A stretch of 64,000 nt of DNA, taken from NCBI GenBank assembly GCA_963663965.2, contig CAXXFK010000021.1:64001-128000 (forward strand), read 5' to 3'. This stretch comes from Sedimentisphaerales bacterium (GTDB lineage Bacteria > Planctomycetota > Phycisphaerae > Sedimentisphaerales > SM23-30). Both the position numbers and the translations under genes were made by a program. A model generated the notes under the pieces. That model worked only from the letters and a program-made list of their open reading frames with translations. It searched no databases and was not told where the DNA came from. Positions 10,419-19,778 of this stretch are shown one piece after another (position 1 is the first letter of the stretch; each line of letters opens with the position of its first letter).

Positions 10419-12908
10419 TCAGCGGGTAACTACTCGCAACTGGTCACCAGTTCGTTCTGGAATAATCATAACCGATTTCATCATAAAGCCATAGCCATAA
10501 CCCAAACGTATCGGACGTCGTCCGCCAATCACAATCAGGTCATTATTTTCTCCCCCTTGTGTCGAAAACGTAACGCTACCGGAATAACAGCCTGGTTCCC
10601 GATCCGCTGCCAGATTGCAAATCCGAAATTCTCCACGCCCGGATTCAACAACAAGCGGCAACACGGACACCGATCCATCAAAACCAACCGGCGCTTTCAC
10701 CCGGATTGTGACAGTCTGTCCGGGCTCAAGAGAGTCCAGCCGCCGGCCGCTTTCTGGATCAACAATTTCAACCTTCGTATCGTACTGACAGGTATACGCC
10801 AGCCCCACATTTAATGCAGCATTAAAAGCCGTCCAGCCTTCCGGATGCCGGAAATCTCCTGTTGGATCGAATGGATAATGCTCCGTGGCGCAGGTTGAAC
10901 TGATCGTACCGCGCACCAGTTCCAGCCGGGCACAGGTGTTATCAGGAAACTTCTTGGGCCAGCCTCGTTCCACCCCCCAGAAATCTTTGGGGCCTCGATG
11001 GGCGCTATGCGCCCCCAGTGGATTCCGGCCAAACAGATCATCCCAATGCCCCGCGGCAATCTCTTCCAGACGATGGGCCTTGACTGGATCATCAATCACC
11101 GAAGCAGTCGCCAGACAAAGAGCCGGAAACGCCGCGACATTACCCGGTTCATTCCAGCCGGCGCCGCCATGCGAACCGGCCGTAAACCGGGGCAAAGTCC
11201 ATTCGATATCATCATAGCGGCGGAAATCCCACATATTATCCGATCGCGCGATCATGATATCCACCCATTGTTTGATCTTATCACGCAAACCCTCCGGCGC
11301 CTGACGCGGATAATCCCGCAAAAACAGGATCAGACCCGTCATCAGCTTATGTTCACTCATACGTTGCCCTTTTGTGGTAACCGGATCATTAAAATCCACC
11401 TGATCGATCACCCACCGGGTCTGCGCGGCCGCCGCCTGAATAAACCGTTCCGCGTCCTCCCGGCCTTCGCGCCGGGCCACTCGCGCCATCAACAGATTCG
11501 GCATAATACTATGTCCGGGGCAATGGCGACCTTTATAAGTGCCAATTGTTTCAATCACTTCAAACAGACCGGCTTTTTCCCACTGTTCAAAAGCAAAATC
11601 ACGCGCCTGCCGATAAAACGCGTTACTGAAATACGGTTTAAAATAAGCATAGCCATAAAGAAAATAAGCAAACTGCTCTACTGTCTGGGCATGGATTTGT
11701 TCCGGTAACGGATCACTCGATGGATCACGCGTAGCGGGATCCATTAAATAATACCCAATCCCCCAGTGGATCAGTTTCATGATATCCGGTACCTGATCAC
11801 CCACCGGAGGATCCAGTTCAGTAAAATAACGCCGGGTTGCCTCCATCACATCTTGATCATTTGGCGCTCGAACCAGCTTGAAATCATCCGCCAGAAATTT
11901 CGCCTTATCCGTTTCATAATTAATTTCGATCGGGGCATGCTCAAAAAATGCCGGATTGGCCAGGTACATCAATATCAGCGAAGGCACTTCATAACTGTAA
12001 TACGTACCATCTCGCCATGGACTTCCACCGTACGCCGAGGGATGTGTTCCAATGACACTGCGGCAATCAACCATAAACCGCAAAGCCGGCTCCAGACTTG
12101 CCTGCTCCATCATGAACGGACGAATCACAAACGGATCGGATTGTCCTGTCTTCAAATTTCCACCAGATACAACTACACAATATTCCTGCTCTCCGTTATC
12201 CGGTTGAAAATCGCTGAAATCACCCAATCCCTTATAGACTCGTCCCTGATAAACCGCTCGATTGGTTTTAACTTCAACGACACTGAAATCAGCCTCCCCT
12301 TCCACCAGCGGCGCGGTAAAACGCTTGGGCCCATTCAAATCATAACCGCTCTGGTTGACAAACACAAAATACGTGGTATACTCCGGCTTTGGCTTGGGTC
12401 CGCTCTTCATCACCGACTCATAACTCGCCGCCGGCGCCAATACGCGTACCTCCGCTACCCGGGCAATCCCATCATCGTTAATCACGAGCCGGATCTTGTC
12501 CGATTGAATCGCAGGCTTAATGATAAACTGTAATCCCGCCTGGGTATTCGACTGCCCACTCGCATCAGCAATCCTGCGCCACTGTGTGCCATCCCAGAAC
12601 TCAAACCGGAAATTTGAGACAGGATCCACCCATTGATCGTTCTCTTTCCACCCACTCGCCAGTTGCAGACAGCCAATCTCAACTTTTCTGCCCAGATCGA
12701 GTGTTATCATATGCGGTCCATTGCTTTTCTCGCTCAGCCAGCGACTGTCGTTGGCAACCTGATTATCGATCGCCTTTTGGGGCTGATACGGCTCCTGATA
12801 AACCGAGCTGGCCGTCACTACCGCATGCAAAGCGTAATTAACCGGTTCGTCAGCCCGACTCTGTGTTACCATCACCAGCATCACAACTAAAATTAATAGC
12901 CGCCTCAT
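10419..12908 (-). CDS. Secreted protein with discoidin/CBM32-like domain, Ig-like domain and probable (alpha/alpha)6 glycosidase-like domain
   Basis: Signal peptide; N.AL...VTASS...KAID...SRWLS...ITLDLG (F5/8 type C); VFVNQSGY (GH9 N-terminal Ig-like); helical catalytic-type region with FGRNP. Confidence 0.6.
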   Translation of the reverse strand: MRRLLILVVMLVMVTQSRADEPVNYALHAVVTASSVYQEPYQPQKAIDNQVANDSRWLSEKSNGPHMITLDLGRKVEIGCLQLASGWKENDQWVDPVSNFRFEFWDGTQWRRIADASGQSNTQAGLQFIIKPAIQSDKIRLVINDDGIARVAEVRVLAPAASYESVMKSGPKPKPEYTTYFVFVNQSGYDLNGPKRFTAPLVEGEADFSVVEVKTNRAVYQGRVYKGLGDFSDFQPDNGEQEYCVVVSGGNLKTGQSDPFVIRPFMMEQASLEPALRFMVDCRSVIGTHPSAYGGSPWRDGTYYSYEVPSLILMYLANPAFFEHAPIEINYETDKAKFLADDFKLVRAPNDQDVMEATRRYFTELDPPVGDQVPDIMKLIHWGIGYYLMDPATRDPSSDPLPEQIHAQTVEQFAYFLYGYAYFKPYFSNAFYRQARDFAFEQWEKAGLFEVIETIGTYKGRHCPGHSIMPNLLMARVARREGREDAERFIQAAAAQTRWVIDQVDFNDPVTTKGQRMSEHKLMTGLILFLRDYPRQAPEGLRDKIKQWVDIMIARSDNMWDFRRYDDIEWTLPRFTAGSHGGAGWNEPGNVAAFPALCLATASVIDDPVKAHRLEEIAAGHWDDLFGRNPLGAHSAHRGPKDFWGVERGWPKKFPDNTCARLELVRGTISSTCATEHYPFDPTGDFRHPEGWTAFNAALNVGLAYTCQYDTKVEIVDPESGRRLDSLEPGQTVTIRVKAPVGFDGSVSVLPLVVESGRGEFRICNLAADREPGCYSGSVTFSTQGGENNDLIVIGGRRPIRLGYGYGFMMKSVMIIPERTGDQLRVVTR

Positions 12909-12973
12909 TAATCTATACTCCTTGAATCATAAATCACCGGGATTATTTCAGCCATATACCAGAGATATCACCA

Positions 12974-15391
12974 TTATTCATAACAGCGAACTTCAAACAA
13001 CGCGGCCGGCCAGCCGCTTTCGGGATGATCCAGCTCAATGCGTAGCAAATCGGTATGTACCGGATGATCAAAACGGATAATATTACGGGTTTGATGATTA
13101 TCCTCTCTGCGATAGAGACATTTCCCATCGCCGCCATAAATACGATAACTTCGCACACAACCCGGCATGATATTGAATGGATGTCCCATCAATACCGACT
13201 CCATCGGGTGATCCGCGTCCGTATCGAAGGTCAGTTCGATCCGTCGAATAGCCTTCGATTCCAACCAGCTCAAAGTAAGAACGGGTTGTGTATCACCCGG
13301 ATCAGCCACCCAGGCATTGGATTGTCCGACTGGCCGGTTAACACCACTTACCAGATTGTCCATATCCCAATTATTCTGCGGTTCATCCAGCCTGAGAGCC
13401 AGATTACGCCCAGCAGGATACCGTTGCGGAATCCAGAATTCCATCGTATCGACGCCGATGTCCCTTTCCGGTTTTTGCACCTGACTGGTATTGACACGGG
13501 GATTCGATTGCAGGACCAGTGACATCATCCCGGTAACTCGCGTTTCACTGGTGCGTATAGAAATCTCCGGATTGGCGCTTAAACAGATAAATACATATTG
13601 ATCGGACTGGATTTCCGTGGAAAAACAGACAGAGACCTTCTGGGAAGCTGACTTGAAAATCTGGATAGCCTCCGCGTCAGCGGCGGATACGGTGACTACT
13701 TTCTGTTGATTCTCACTACCCCTTGCGACGGCCTGATGGTTCTTTTGCTGACCGATGGCGGATACCTCCCCCTGAACGATTTCCGGCCGGATTGCGATCC
13801 GGACAGTTTCCAATATGGTATCCGGGGTAAAGCTGCCCTCCCGGCTGCAAATCCGCAACTGGCATTCCAGCTCGGTTGATCGCGACGCCTGTACGCTAAA
13901 TTCCATCGGCGGAATCTTTCCCGCCTTCACCGGGATCAACATGGCCCGCGCATCCTTCAGCGGCTGCCAGGGCCCATCCGCCGGTAATTCCTGCAACCGA
14001 AAACGACTGCTTACCGAGAGCAGTGCGCTGCGCGTCAGATCCTCAGGATCTTTCAAACGCAAATGCGGAATATACTGGCCGCGCTTGAGCAGTTCCTGTT
14101 GGAATTGCTCAATACATCCCGGCTGACTCAAATCACGCGGCATCAGACTGTCCCGCTTGCAAAGTGCCGCCGCCACTGCCACGGCCTGGGCATTATGCGC
14201 GCAGGTCATCATGACACGTGTCGAGCCACAGGCCACATGGCTGGCGCTGAGGAGCCGGCCTGCCAGAAATAAATTGTTAATATTCCGGCTGTACATACAG
14301 CGATACGGAATTGGATATACCCCCTTGGAATGCCATTGATCGCAACCGGGTTTATTGCTGTATATCCCATCTGCCGGATGTAAATCGATCGCCCAGCCAC
14401 CGTATGAAACGGCGTCAGCATGCCGCCGCTGTTCAATAATATCGCGCTGAGTCAGGATATAATCGCCCTCAAATCGCCGGCTCTCTCGTTTGCCTGGTAT
14501 CGTACCCACCCACTCCAGTGTCATGGTCTCCGCCTCGGGAAACTCACCCGAGTTTTTTATATAATCCCAGACGCCATAAACGATTTTCCACAACTCCCAC
14601 TTGATCGTTTCGCTGTCATGAACAGTATCGAGCCGGCCGCCATATTCGATCCACCAGAGTTGACAGCCATGTTCATTTTTCTTGAAATTACGGTACCGTG
14701 GAATCTGGGTGATATCTTTCAGGGCAAAACTCGGTGGAACATACTTTACTGGCACACCCACGTCTTTGGAATAAAAGAATATCGAATGCCCCATCAGCGC
14801 GCCATATTCTATCGAAGGGGCAAATCTTTCATCAAACTCTTCCGGCCCTTCCGCCCCCATCCGAAACGCCGCCCCGGCCAGAAAACCAACAACACCATCG
14901 CCGCTGGCATCGCAAAACAATGGCGCCGACACCTGGTATCGCGTTGCATTCTGCGGACAAAAAGCCGTTAATGACCGGATAGTATCCGGATTCGATTTCT
15001 CCAGATCGTAAACCACCGTATTCAACAACAGTGTGATATTCGGCTCTTCTATCACCTTTTCCAGCAACACGGTATCATAAATAACCGGATTGCCTTCCGG
15101 GTTGCGATACGTGTTTTCCACCAGAATCTCATCGATCACCCCGCCTTCGCGCGCCCAACGGTTATTATTTCCCATATGCGAGGTGGCGCCCAGCGCCCAT
15201 AACCTGACTTCACTCGAAGAATTCCCCCCCAGTACCGGCCGGTCCTGGATCAAAATCACCTTGAGTCCGGCCCGTGCCGCCGTTATTGCGCAACACACCC
15301 CGGCCAGCCCCCCGCCGGCAATCGCCAGATCGCAGGACAACTCAGTAACTCGCAACTTATTACTTTCAGACGGCTTACTTATCGATAACAC
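12974..15391 (-). CDS. FAD-dependent oxidoreductase (FAD_oxidored type)
   Basis: DLAIAGGGLAGVCCAITAAR; QDRPVLGGNSSSE; FCDASGDG; GKRESRRFEGDY; IPYRCMYS; NLFLAGR. Confidence 0.88.
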   Translation of the reverse strand: MLSISKPSESNKLRVTELSCDLAIAGGGLAGVCCAITAARAGLKVILIQDRPVLGGNSSSEVRLWALGATSHMGNNNRWAREGGVIDEILVENTYRNPEGNPVIYDTVLLEKVIEEPNITLLLNTVVYDLEKSNPDTIRSLTAFCPQNATRYQVSAPLFCDASGDGVVGFLAGAAFRMGAEGPEEFDERFAPSIEYGALMGHSIFFYSKDVGVPVKYVPPSFALKDITQIPRYRNFKKNEHGCQLWWIEYGGRLDTVHDSETIKWELWKIVYGVWDYIKNSGEFPEAETMTLEWVGTIPGKRESRRFEGDYILTQRDIIEQRRHADAVSYGGWAIDLHPADGIYSNKPGCDQWHSKGVYPIPYRCMYSRNINNLFLAGRLLSASHVACGSTRVMMTCAHNAQAVAVAAALCKRDSLMPRDLSQPGCIEQFQQELLKRGQYIPHLRLKDPEDLTRSALLSVSSRFRLQELPADGPWQPLKDARAMLIPVKAGKIPPMEFSVQASRSTELECQLRICSREGSFTPDTILETVRIAIRPEIVQGEVSAIGQQKNHQAVARGSENQQKVVTVSAADAEAIQIFKSASQKVSVCFSTEIQSDQYVFICLSANPEISIRTSETRVTGMMSLVLQSNPRVNTSQVQKPERDIGVDTMEFWIPQRYPAGRNLALRLDEPQNNWDMDNLVSGVNRPVGQSNAWVADPGDTQPVLTLSWLESKAIRRIELTFDTDADHPMESVLMGHPFNIMPGCVRSYRIYGGDGKCLYRREDNHQTRNIIRFDHPVHTDLLRIELDHPESGWPAALFEVRCYE

Positions 15392-15486
15392 AATACGTTC
15401 CTTTATACCGGCATCTCTATCACTATACGTTATTCTCTTTTCTTGTCCTGGTCATCCGCCGATTTCTATTATAATATACCGATCGC

Positions 15487-16335
15487 TTATTTAGACAAGG
15501 TATTATCCACTTTATTCATCCAGCTGGGCCATTGCCAGGATGCCGTTCGCCAATACTGCGTATCGAATTCGCGATGCCACTTCAGTGTCCATAGCTCCTT
15601 CACCGATACCCGGCGTACCGACCAGTCCAGAAACAACATATTCACCCCGCCAAAGTGCCGGTTATGACAGATACGGTTAATCTCACCACTCGCCGGCGGC
15701 CAGATAAATTCACCATTCTGATCCGAACTGGGCATATCCGTAAAATGAGGCCGTGCTAACGGAAAACCGGCGTCAGCCAGTACAGGGATATTATTACCGC
15801 CTCGCTGATTTGTCTTTTTCCAGTTCATGTGATGATCGTAACCGGAAGCGTTCACATCCCGATTATTAATAAACCAGTTGATCCCATAGCTGCCCGAAAC
15901 ACCCAGCAATTTACTCTCCGATTCGGAAAGCGGACTGTTATAAAAACTTGGATTCATCGCTGGATCCGGATCAAAATACCAGGCCGCCCAGGGTAACTTG
16001 CCGCCTTGATGCTCATTTCGGTCAGCGCGCGGACATAACAATATCTCCGGATCCTGATACAACTTACGAGTAACATAAACCCACATATTATTCGTATCGT
16101 TGATCGGGGTGCTGGCGCTGCCACCCACCCAGCCCCGCATGAACGAACCATCATAATCACTGGTATACATGTCAAACACCACTCCCCACTGGTGCAGATT
16201 GGCCATACAGATCGAATTCTTGGCTTGATCCCGCGCCTTGCCCAATGCCGGCATTAAAATGGCCACCAGTAACGCGATGATCGATATCACCACCAGTAAC
16301 TCTATCAAGGTAAATCCATAGCGCCGCTTCTTCAT
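15487..16335 (-). CDS. Prepilin-type N-terminal cleavage/methylation protein (DUF1559-like, H-X9-D[W] variant)
   Basis: GFTLIELLVVISIIALLVAILMPALGKAR..A....C..NL; C-terminal RHFGGVNMLFLDWSV. Start is uncertain (16335 or 16344). Confidence 0.88.
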   Translation of the reverse strand: MKKRRYGFTLIELLVVISIIALLVAILMPALGKARDQAKNSICMANLHQWGVVFDMYTSDYDGSFMRGWVGGSASTPINDTNNMWVYVTRKLYQDPEILLCPRADRNEHQGGKLPWAAWYFDPDPAMNPSFYNSPLSESESKLLGVSGSYGINWFINNRDVNASGYDHHMNWKKTNQRGGNNIPVLADAGFPLARPHFTDMPSSDQNGEFIWPPASGEINRICHNRHFGGVNMLFLDWSVRRVSVKELWTLKWHREFDTQYWRTASWQWPSWMNKVDNTLSK

Positions 16336-16424
16336 AATCGTCATGGCCTCCACAAGAATGAATTCGTCGATCAATTGGGTCTGGACATTAGATAATATAA
16401 CCACATTCTAACGGGTATGTCTTT

Positions 16425-16488
16425 ATTATGCCCTCAGGACAAATCCGAATCCACCCCACTTTGCGAATTTCTTTCCCCATTTTGCGAA
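16425..16488 (-). promoter_or_regulatory. Putative activator-dependent promoter with 21-bp-period direct repeat
   Basis: CCCCA(C/T)TTTGCGAA at 16454 and 16475. Minus-strand -10 CATAAT at 16425-16430 with a poor -35 next to the repeat. Confidence 0.45.
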
Positions 16489-16940
16489 CGATACCCGGAA
16501 CCCGATTTTTGCCGCTCTGCAGGCTGGCTTATTCTCAGCTATTCCAGTGATCAATTTACAAACTACGATTGAATCCATAGGTATATCTTGCCGCGAACGA
16601 TCTGTCTTGCCTCATAGTTGAAATTCTAAAACTACGATATAAAGCTCCCTTAACGACAATAAATCACCCTTTCAACCACGAATCATCAAATATTTATTCG
16701 CATAACCTTTTTAATGCAAATAGGATAGCCAAACAGTATTATCTGATAATTGTATTGGAAATTATCACTTGAGATATTAAACTGTATATTCTGGGCAATT
16801 TGTGATTAAGAGTGCCTGACAAAATGGATTGAGTTGCAAGCCCAACATGTGGCCGGCCGCAGTGGCAATCCCGGAGAGTCAGGTGGTTCGAATGGTTTCC
16901 CGACAGGCGAAGAATGGTTAACCTGTAAATTTAAGGAGTT

Positions 16941-18206
16941 GTGATGATTAAATTTCGGTGTCAACAGTGCAACAAGAAAATCGGTGTCCCGGATGATTAC
17001 GCCGGAAAATCGGTTCGATGTCCCCAGTGCCACACTGTCGTCAACGTCCCTCAACCGCAAGCAACAGAAACACCGGCTATGGAATCGCAACCCTATGGCG
17101 AAATAAGCGGTGGGCGATTAATGGACGCCCTGGGTGATCTGGAATCAGCTACTCCAACCAACGAGGCCTATCATGTGGCGGAAGAGGAAAAGTGCTGCCC
17201 GGCGTGCGGAAAACAACTATCAGCCAAAGCTCGAAAATGCAACCGTTGCGGCGAACGCCTGGAACCAACCGCAACAGTAGCTACTGCCCAAACCACGCAC
17301 CAGGTATTCCATCGCCCGACCGCCAAGTCATCCCGGTCGGATATCTGGTACGCCGGTTTCTGGCGTCGAACTCTGGCTTATGTGATTGATAATGTGGCGT
17401 TTTACATCATGCTGTATGGAATCTCCCGTGGCATAGGATTCATCCTGAAAAAAATGGTCGAATCCGGTGCCCTGAGCGCAGATTCCATCCGAGACAACGC
17501 CCAGATGCTCACCTGGATTTTTATGGCATTTCCAGTCATTATTTTCTGGCTCTATTATGCCATCTCGGAAAGCGGCACGCATCAGGCAACCATCGGCAAA
17601 CGCCTTCTTGGTCTTTATGTAACCGATACCGATGGCCGCGCGATCACCTTTGCCCGGGCCACCGGGCGTCATTTTGCCAAAATCTTCTCCTTCGCTTTCT
17701 TTGGTCTGGGTATCATTATTACCGGTTTTACCCGACAAAAACAGGGCGCCCATGACATGCTCTCCGGCTGCCTGGTGCTTTCTTATAACCCAACCGGATG
17801 CGGCAACCAGACCCAAAACGCCCCGCGCGGCTTTTTCCATTGGGTGGGCGTATCAGTATCCGCAGCGGTTGCGATTGCCTTGTTCTTTGCTATAGCCATT
17901 CCCGTTGGCCAACGAATCATAAATGGCTCGGCCAAAACCCCTGACAGGCAAACTTCACGCGTATCGGATCCTTCCGCTTCAGACCCGGATCAGACACCAG
18001 ACAGATCTGCCAATATCCCCTCAATCGCCGAACGCGCGGCCGCGGCTCGCGCAAACAGGGCAAACAGAACCTCACCCGGAATCGCGGATTCACAAGCCAA
18101 TCAACCGATACCCCCCTCTCCCGAAAATAATAATCCGACCTCGACGACTCAACCGCCAAATTCCCGGCCGGCCAATAGAATCCCCCGGACTCAGCGGCCT
18201 TTATAG
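16941..18206 (+). CDS. Zinc-ribbon plus RDD-family membrane protein (N-terminal part of an interrupted ORF)
   Basis: CQQC...CPQC and CPAC...CNRC ribbons; YAGFWRRTLAYVID, ATIGKRLLGLYV, QGAHDMLSG; AAGGAG RBS. Confidence 0.85.
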   Translation: MMIKFRCQQCNKKIGVPDDYAGKSVRCPQCHTVVNVPQPQATETPAMESQPYGEISGGRLMDALGDLESATPTNEAYHVAEEEKCCPACGKQLSAKARKCNRCGERLEPTATVATAQTTHQVFHRPTAKSSRSDIWYAGFWRRTLAYVIDNVAFYIMLYGISRGIGFILKKMVESGALSADSIRDNAQMLTWIFMAFPVIIFWLYYAISESGTHQATIGKRLLGLYVTDTDGRAITFARATGRHFAKIFSFAFFGLGIIITGFTRQKQGAHDMLSGCLVLSYNPTGCGNQTQNAPRGFFHWVGVSVSAAVAIALFFAIAIPVGQRIINGSAKTPDRQTSRVSDPSASDPDQTPDRSANIPSIAERAAAARANRANRTSPGIADSQANQPIPPSPENNNPTSTTQPPNSRPANRIPRTQRPL

Positions 18207-18302
18207 CCTTTTGAAATTCCATACAGTCTGTCCGTTCCGGCCCCCTTCAAAATACAGCAGGATAGAACCAATGAAAAAATATATACGATTAACGGCGAAC
18301 GA

Positions 18303-18674
18303 ATGAACATGAATACGGCGGGACCCATGTTCGCAATCGAAACCATCCCGACCATGATGGGACGCTCGAATCCGGAACAAATGAAAGAAGAAGCCCTCCA
18401 GCGCTACACCTTTATGCCCGGCAGTTTCAAAGAGCAAACTCCCCGGCAGGATATTGCGGCAGTAACGATTAATGGCTTAAATGGCCTCACCAGTAGTGGC
18501 ACCTGTAACCATTTCTTTACCAACGCCAATATGGAAATTGTTCAGACCATGCTTTGGAACGATAGAGTTACTTACTTCCTCTGGGGCATCGCCCCAGCCC
18601 AAGAAATGGGATCCTATCGTCCCATCTTTAAGCAAATGATCGATTCATTCAAACTGGAGGATACCCCCCGGTAA
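18303..18674 (+). CDS. PsbP/DcrB-like domain fragment, in frame with the upstream RDD gene
   Basis: Same reading frame as 16941 and open back to the TAG at 18204-18206. Ends IFKQMIDSFKL. Confidence 0.5.
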   Translation: MNMNTAGPMFAIETIPTMMGRSNPEQMKEEALQRYTFMPGSFKEQTPRQDIAAVTINGLNGLTSSGTCNHFFTNANMEIVQTMLWNDRVTYFLWGIAPAQEMGSYRPIFKQMIDSFKLEDTPR

Positions 18675-18702
18675 ACATCCGGAATCTGGAGCGTTTGTCC
18701 TT

Positions 18703-19722
18703 TTACCACTTGAAATCAAAAACAGCATCCCGCATCGCCAGTAGATTAGCTGGCGGGATCAGGGCATGAATATCATGGCTGGAACATACAATGTACCCCC
18801 CATCGACGGCCAGCGCCTGGATATGTTCGGCAACATTCTCTTTCACCTGCTCTGGGGTGCCATGCAGCAAAACACCATCGATATCAATATTACCGGCAAT
18901 CGCAATCTGCCGGCCATGATGTTCTTTAATCCGGAAAATACTTTGCCGGCCGGCACAGGGATCGATCGGATGAATCACCCTGGCCCCCATGTCAATAAAA
19001 CGCGGCAGCAGATCTTCTACATAACCATCGATATGGAAGATGGGAATGATCTGATGATCCGTCAATAGTCTGGTTAATTCCGTCATAAACGGAAACTCAT
19101 AGAGTTCCAGCATATCCGGTGAGATCATGGAACCGGAATTCGTAATCAGACCGGAGGCGATTTTAACCGCATCTACTGGATATTCGCTGTACATCGCCAG
19201 CTCGCGCAGACAGTATTCATGCACGCGCTTCTGAAATTCCTGAATAAACTCCGGATCGGTATAGGTGGCCAGACAAAAATCCTGATAACCAATGGCCGTC
19301 GGAACGGTAAAAGCCGCAGTCTGGGCGCCGCAAACCAATCCCAGACCGGTTCCCTCAATCAATTCGAGCAATGCTTCCAACCGCCGCCGGATATCCTCCA
19401 GATCCGGAAACCAGATATCCTTCAATGAAGACTTATCTTTCATCGTGCCATCGACATAATGTCGACGCCCCTGCGGGTCTCGCATCTCCTTGCGGCCCAG
19501 CCGCCAGACATGGCTGAAATAGATCATATCATTGCCAACCAGCCTGACCAGTTCCAGGTAATCACGCGCCGGCAGATCGAACGAATGCTGACCATAATCA
19601 TAGTGCCGGCCCAGCAGCTGATTCACCACATGAATATCGAATTCCATCTCAAAAAACGGAATCTCATCGGAATGGGTATGTCGAACCGCATTTAAAAAAC
19701 GTTGTTTGTCGGGTGTACGCAT
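18703..19722 (-). CDS. Uroporphyrinogen decarboxylase / MtaA-CmuA-like family protein
   Basis: MISPDML..Y.FP, FHIDG...LLP.FIDMG..VIHPIDP, GNID...L..GTPEQV, GGYIVCSSH. Confidence 0.8.
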   Translation of the reverse strand: MRTPDKQRFLNAVRHTHSDEIPFFEMEFDIHVVNQLLGRHYDYGQHSFDLPARDYLELVRLVGNDMIYFSHVWRLGRKEMRDPQGRRHYVDGTMKDKSSLKDIWFPDLEDIRRRLEALLELIEGTGLGLVCGAQTAAFTVPTAIGYQDFCLATYTDPEFIQEFQKRVHEYCLRELAMYSEYPVDAVKIASGLITNSGSMISPDMLELYEFPFMTELTRLLTDHQIIPIFHIDGYVEDLLPRFIDMGARVIHPIDPCAGRQSIFRIKEHHGRQIAIAGNIDIDGVLLHGTPEQVKENVAEHIQALAVDGGYIVCSSHDIHALIPPANLLAMRDAVFDFKW

Positions 19723-19778
19723 ACAAACTCCAACAAAGAATCGGCTTGGAAATTGATATAATAACCGGTCCCGGCGTT

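Noticed and set aside
16878..16905. GGTTCGAAT as a tRNA T-loop, or GGGAAACCATTCGAA on the minus strand as a c-di-GMP-I riboswitch
   Set aside because: The flanks do not form a T-stem or acceptor stem, and the riboswitch P2 closing strand and GACGCAAAG segment are absent.
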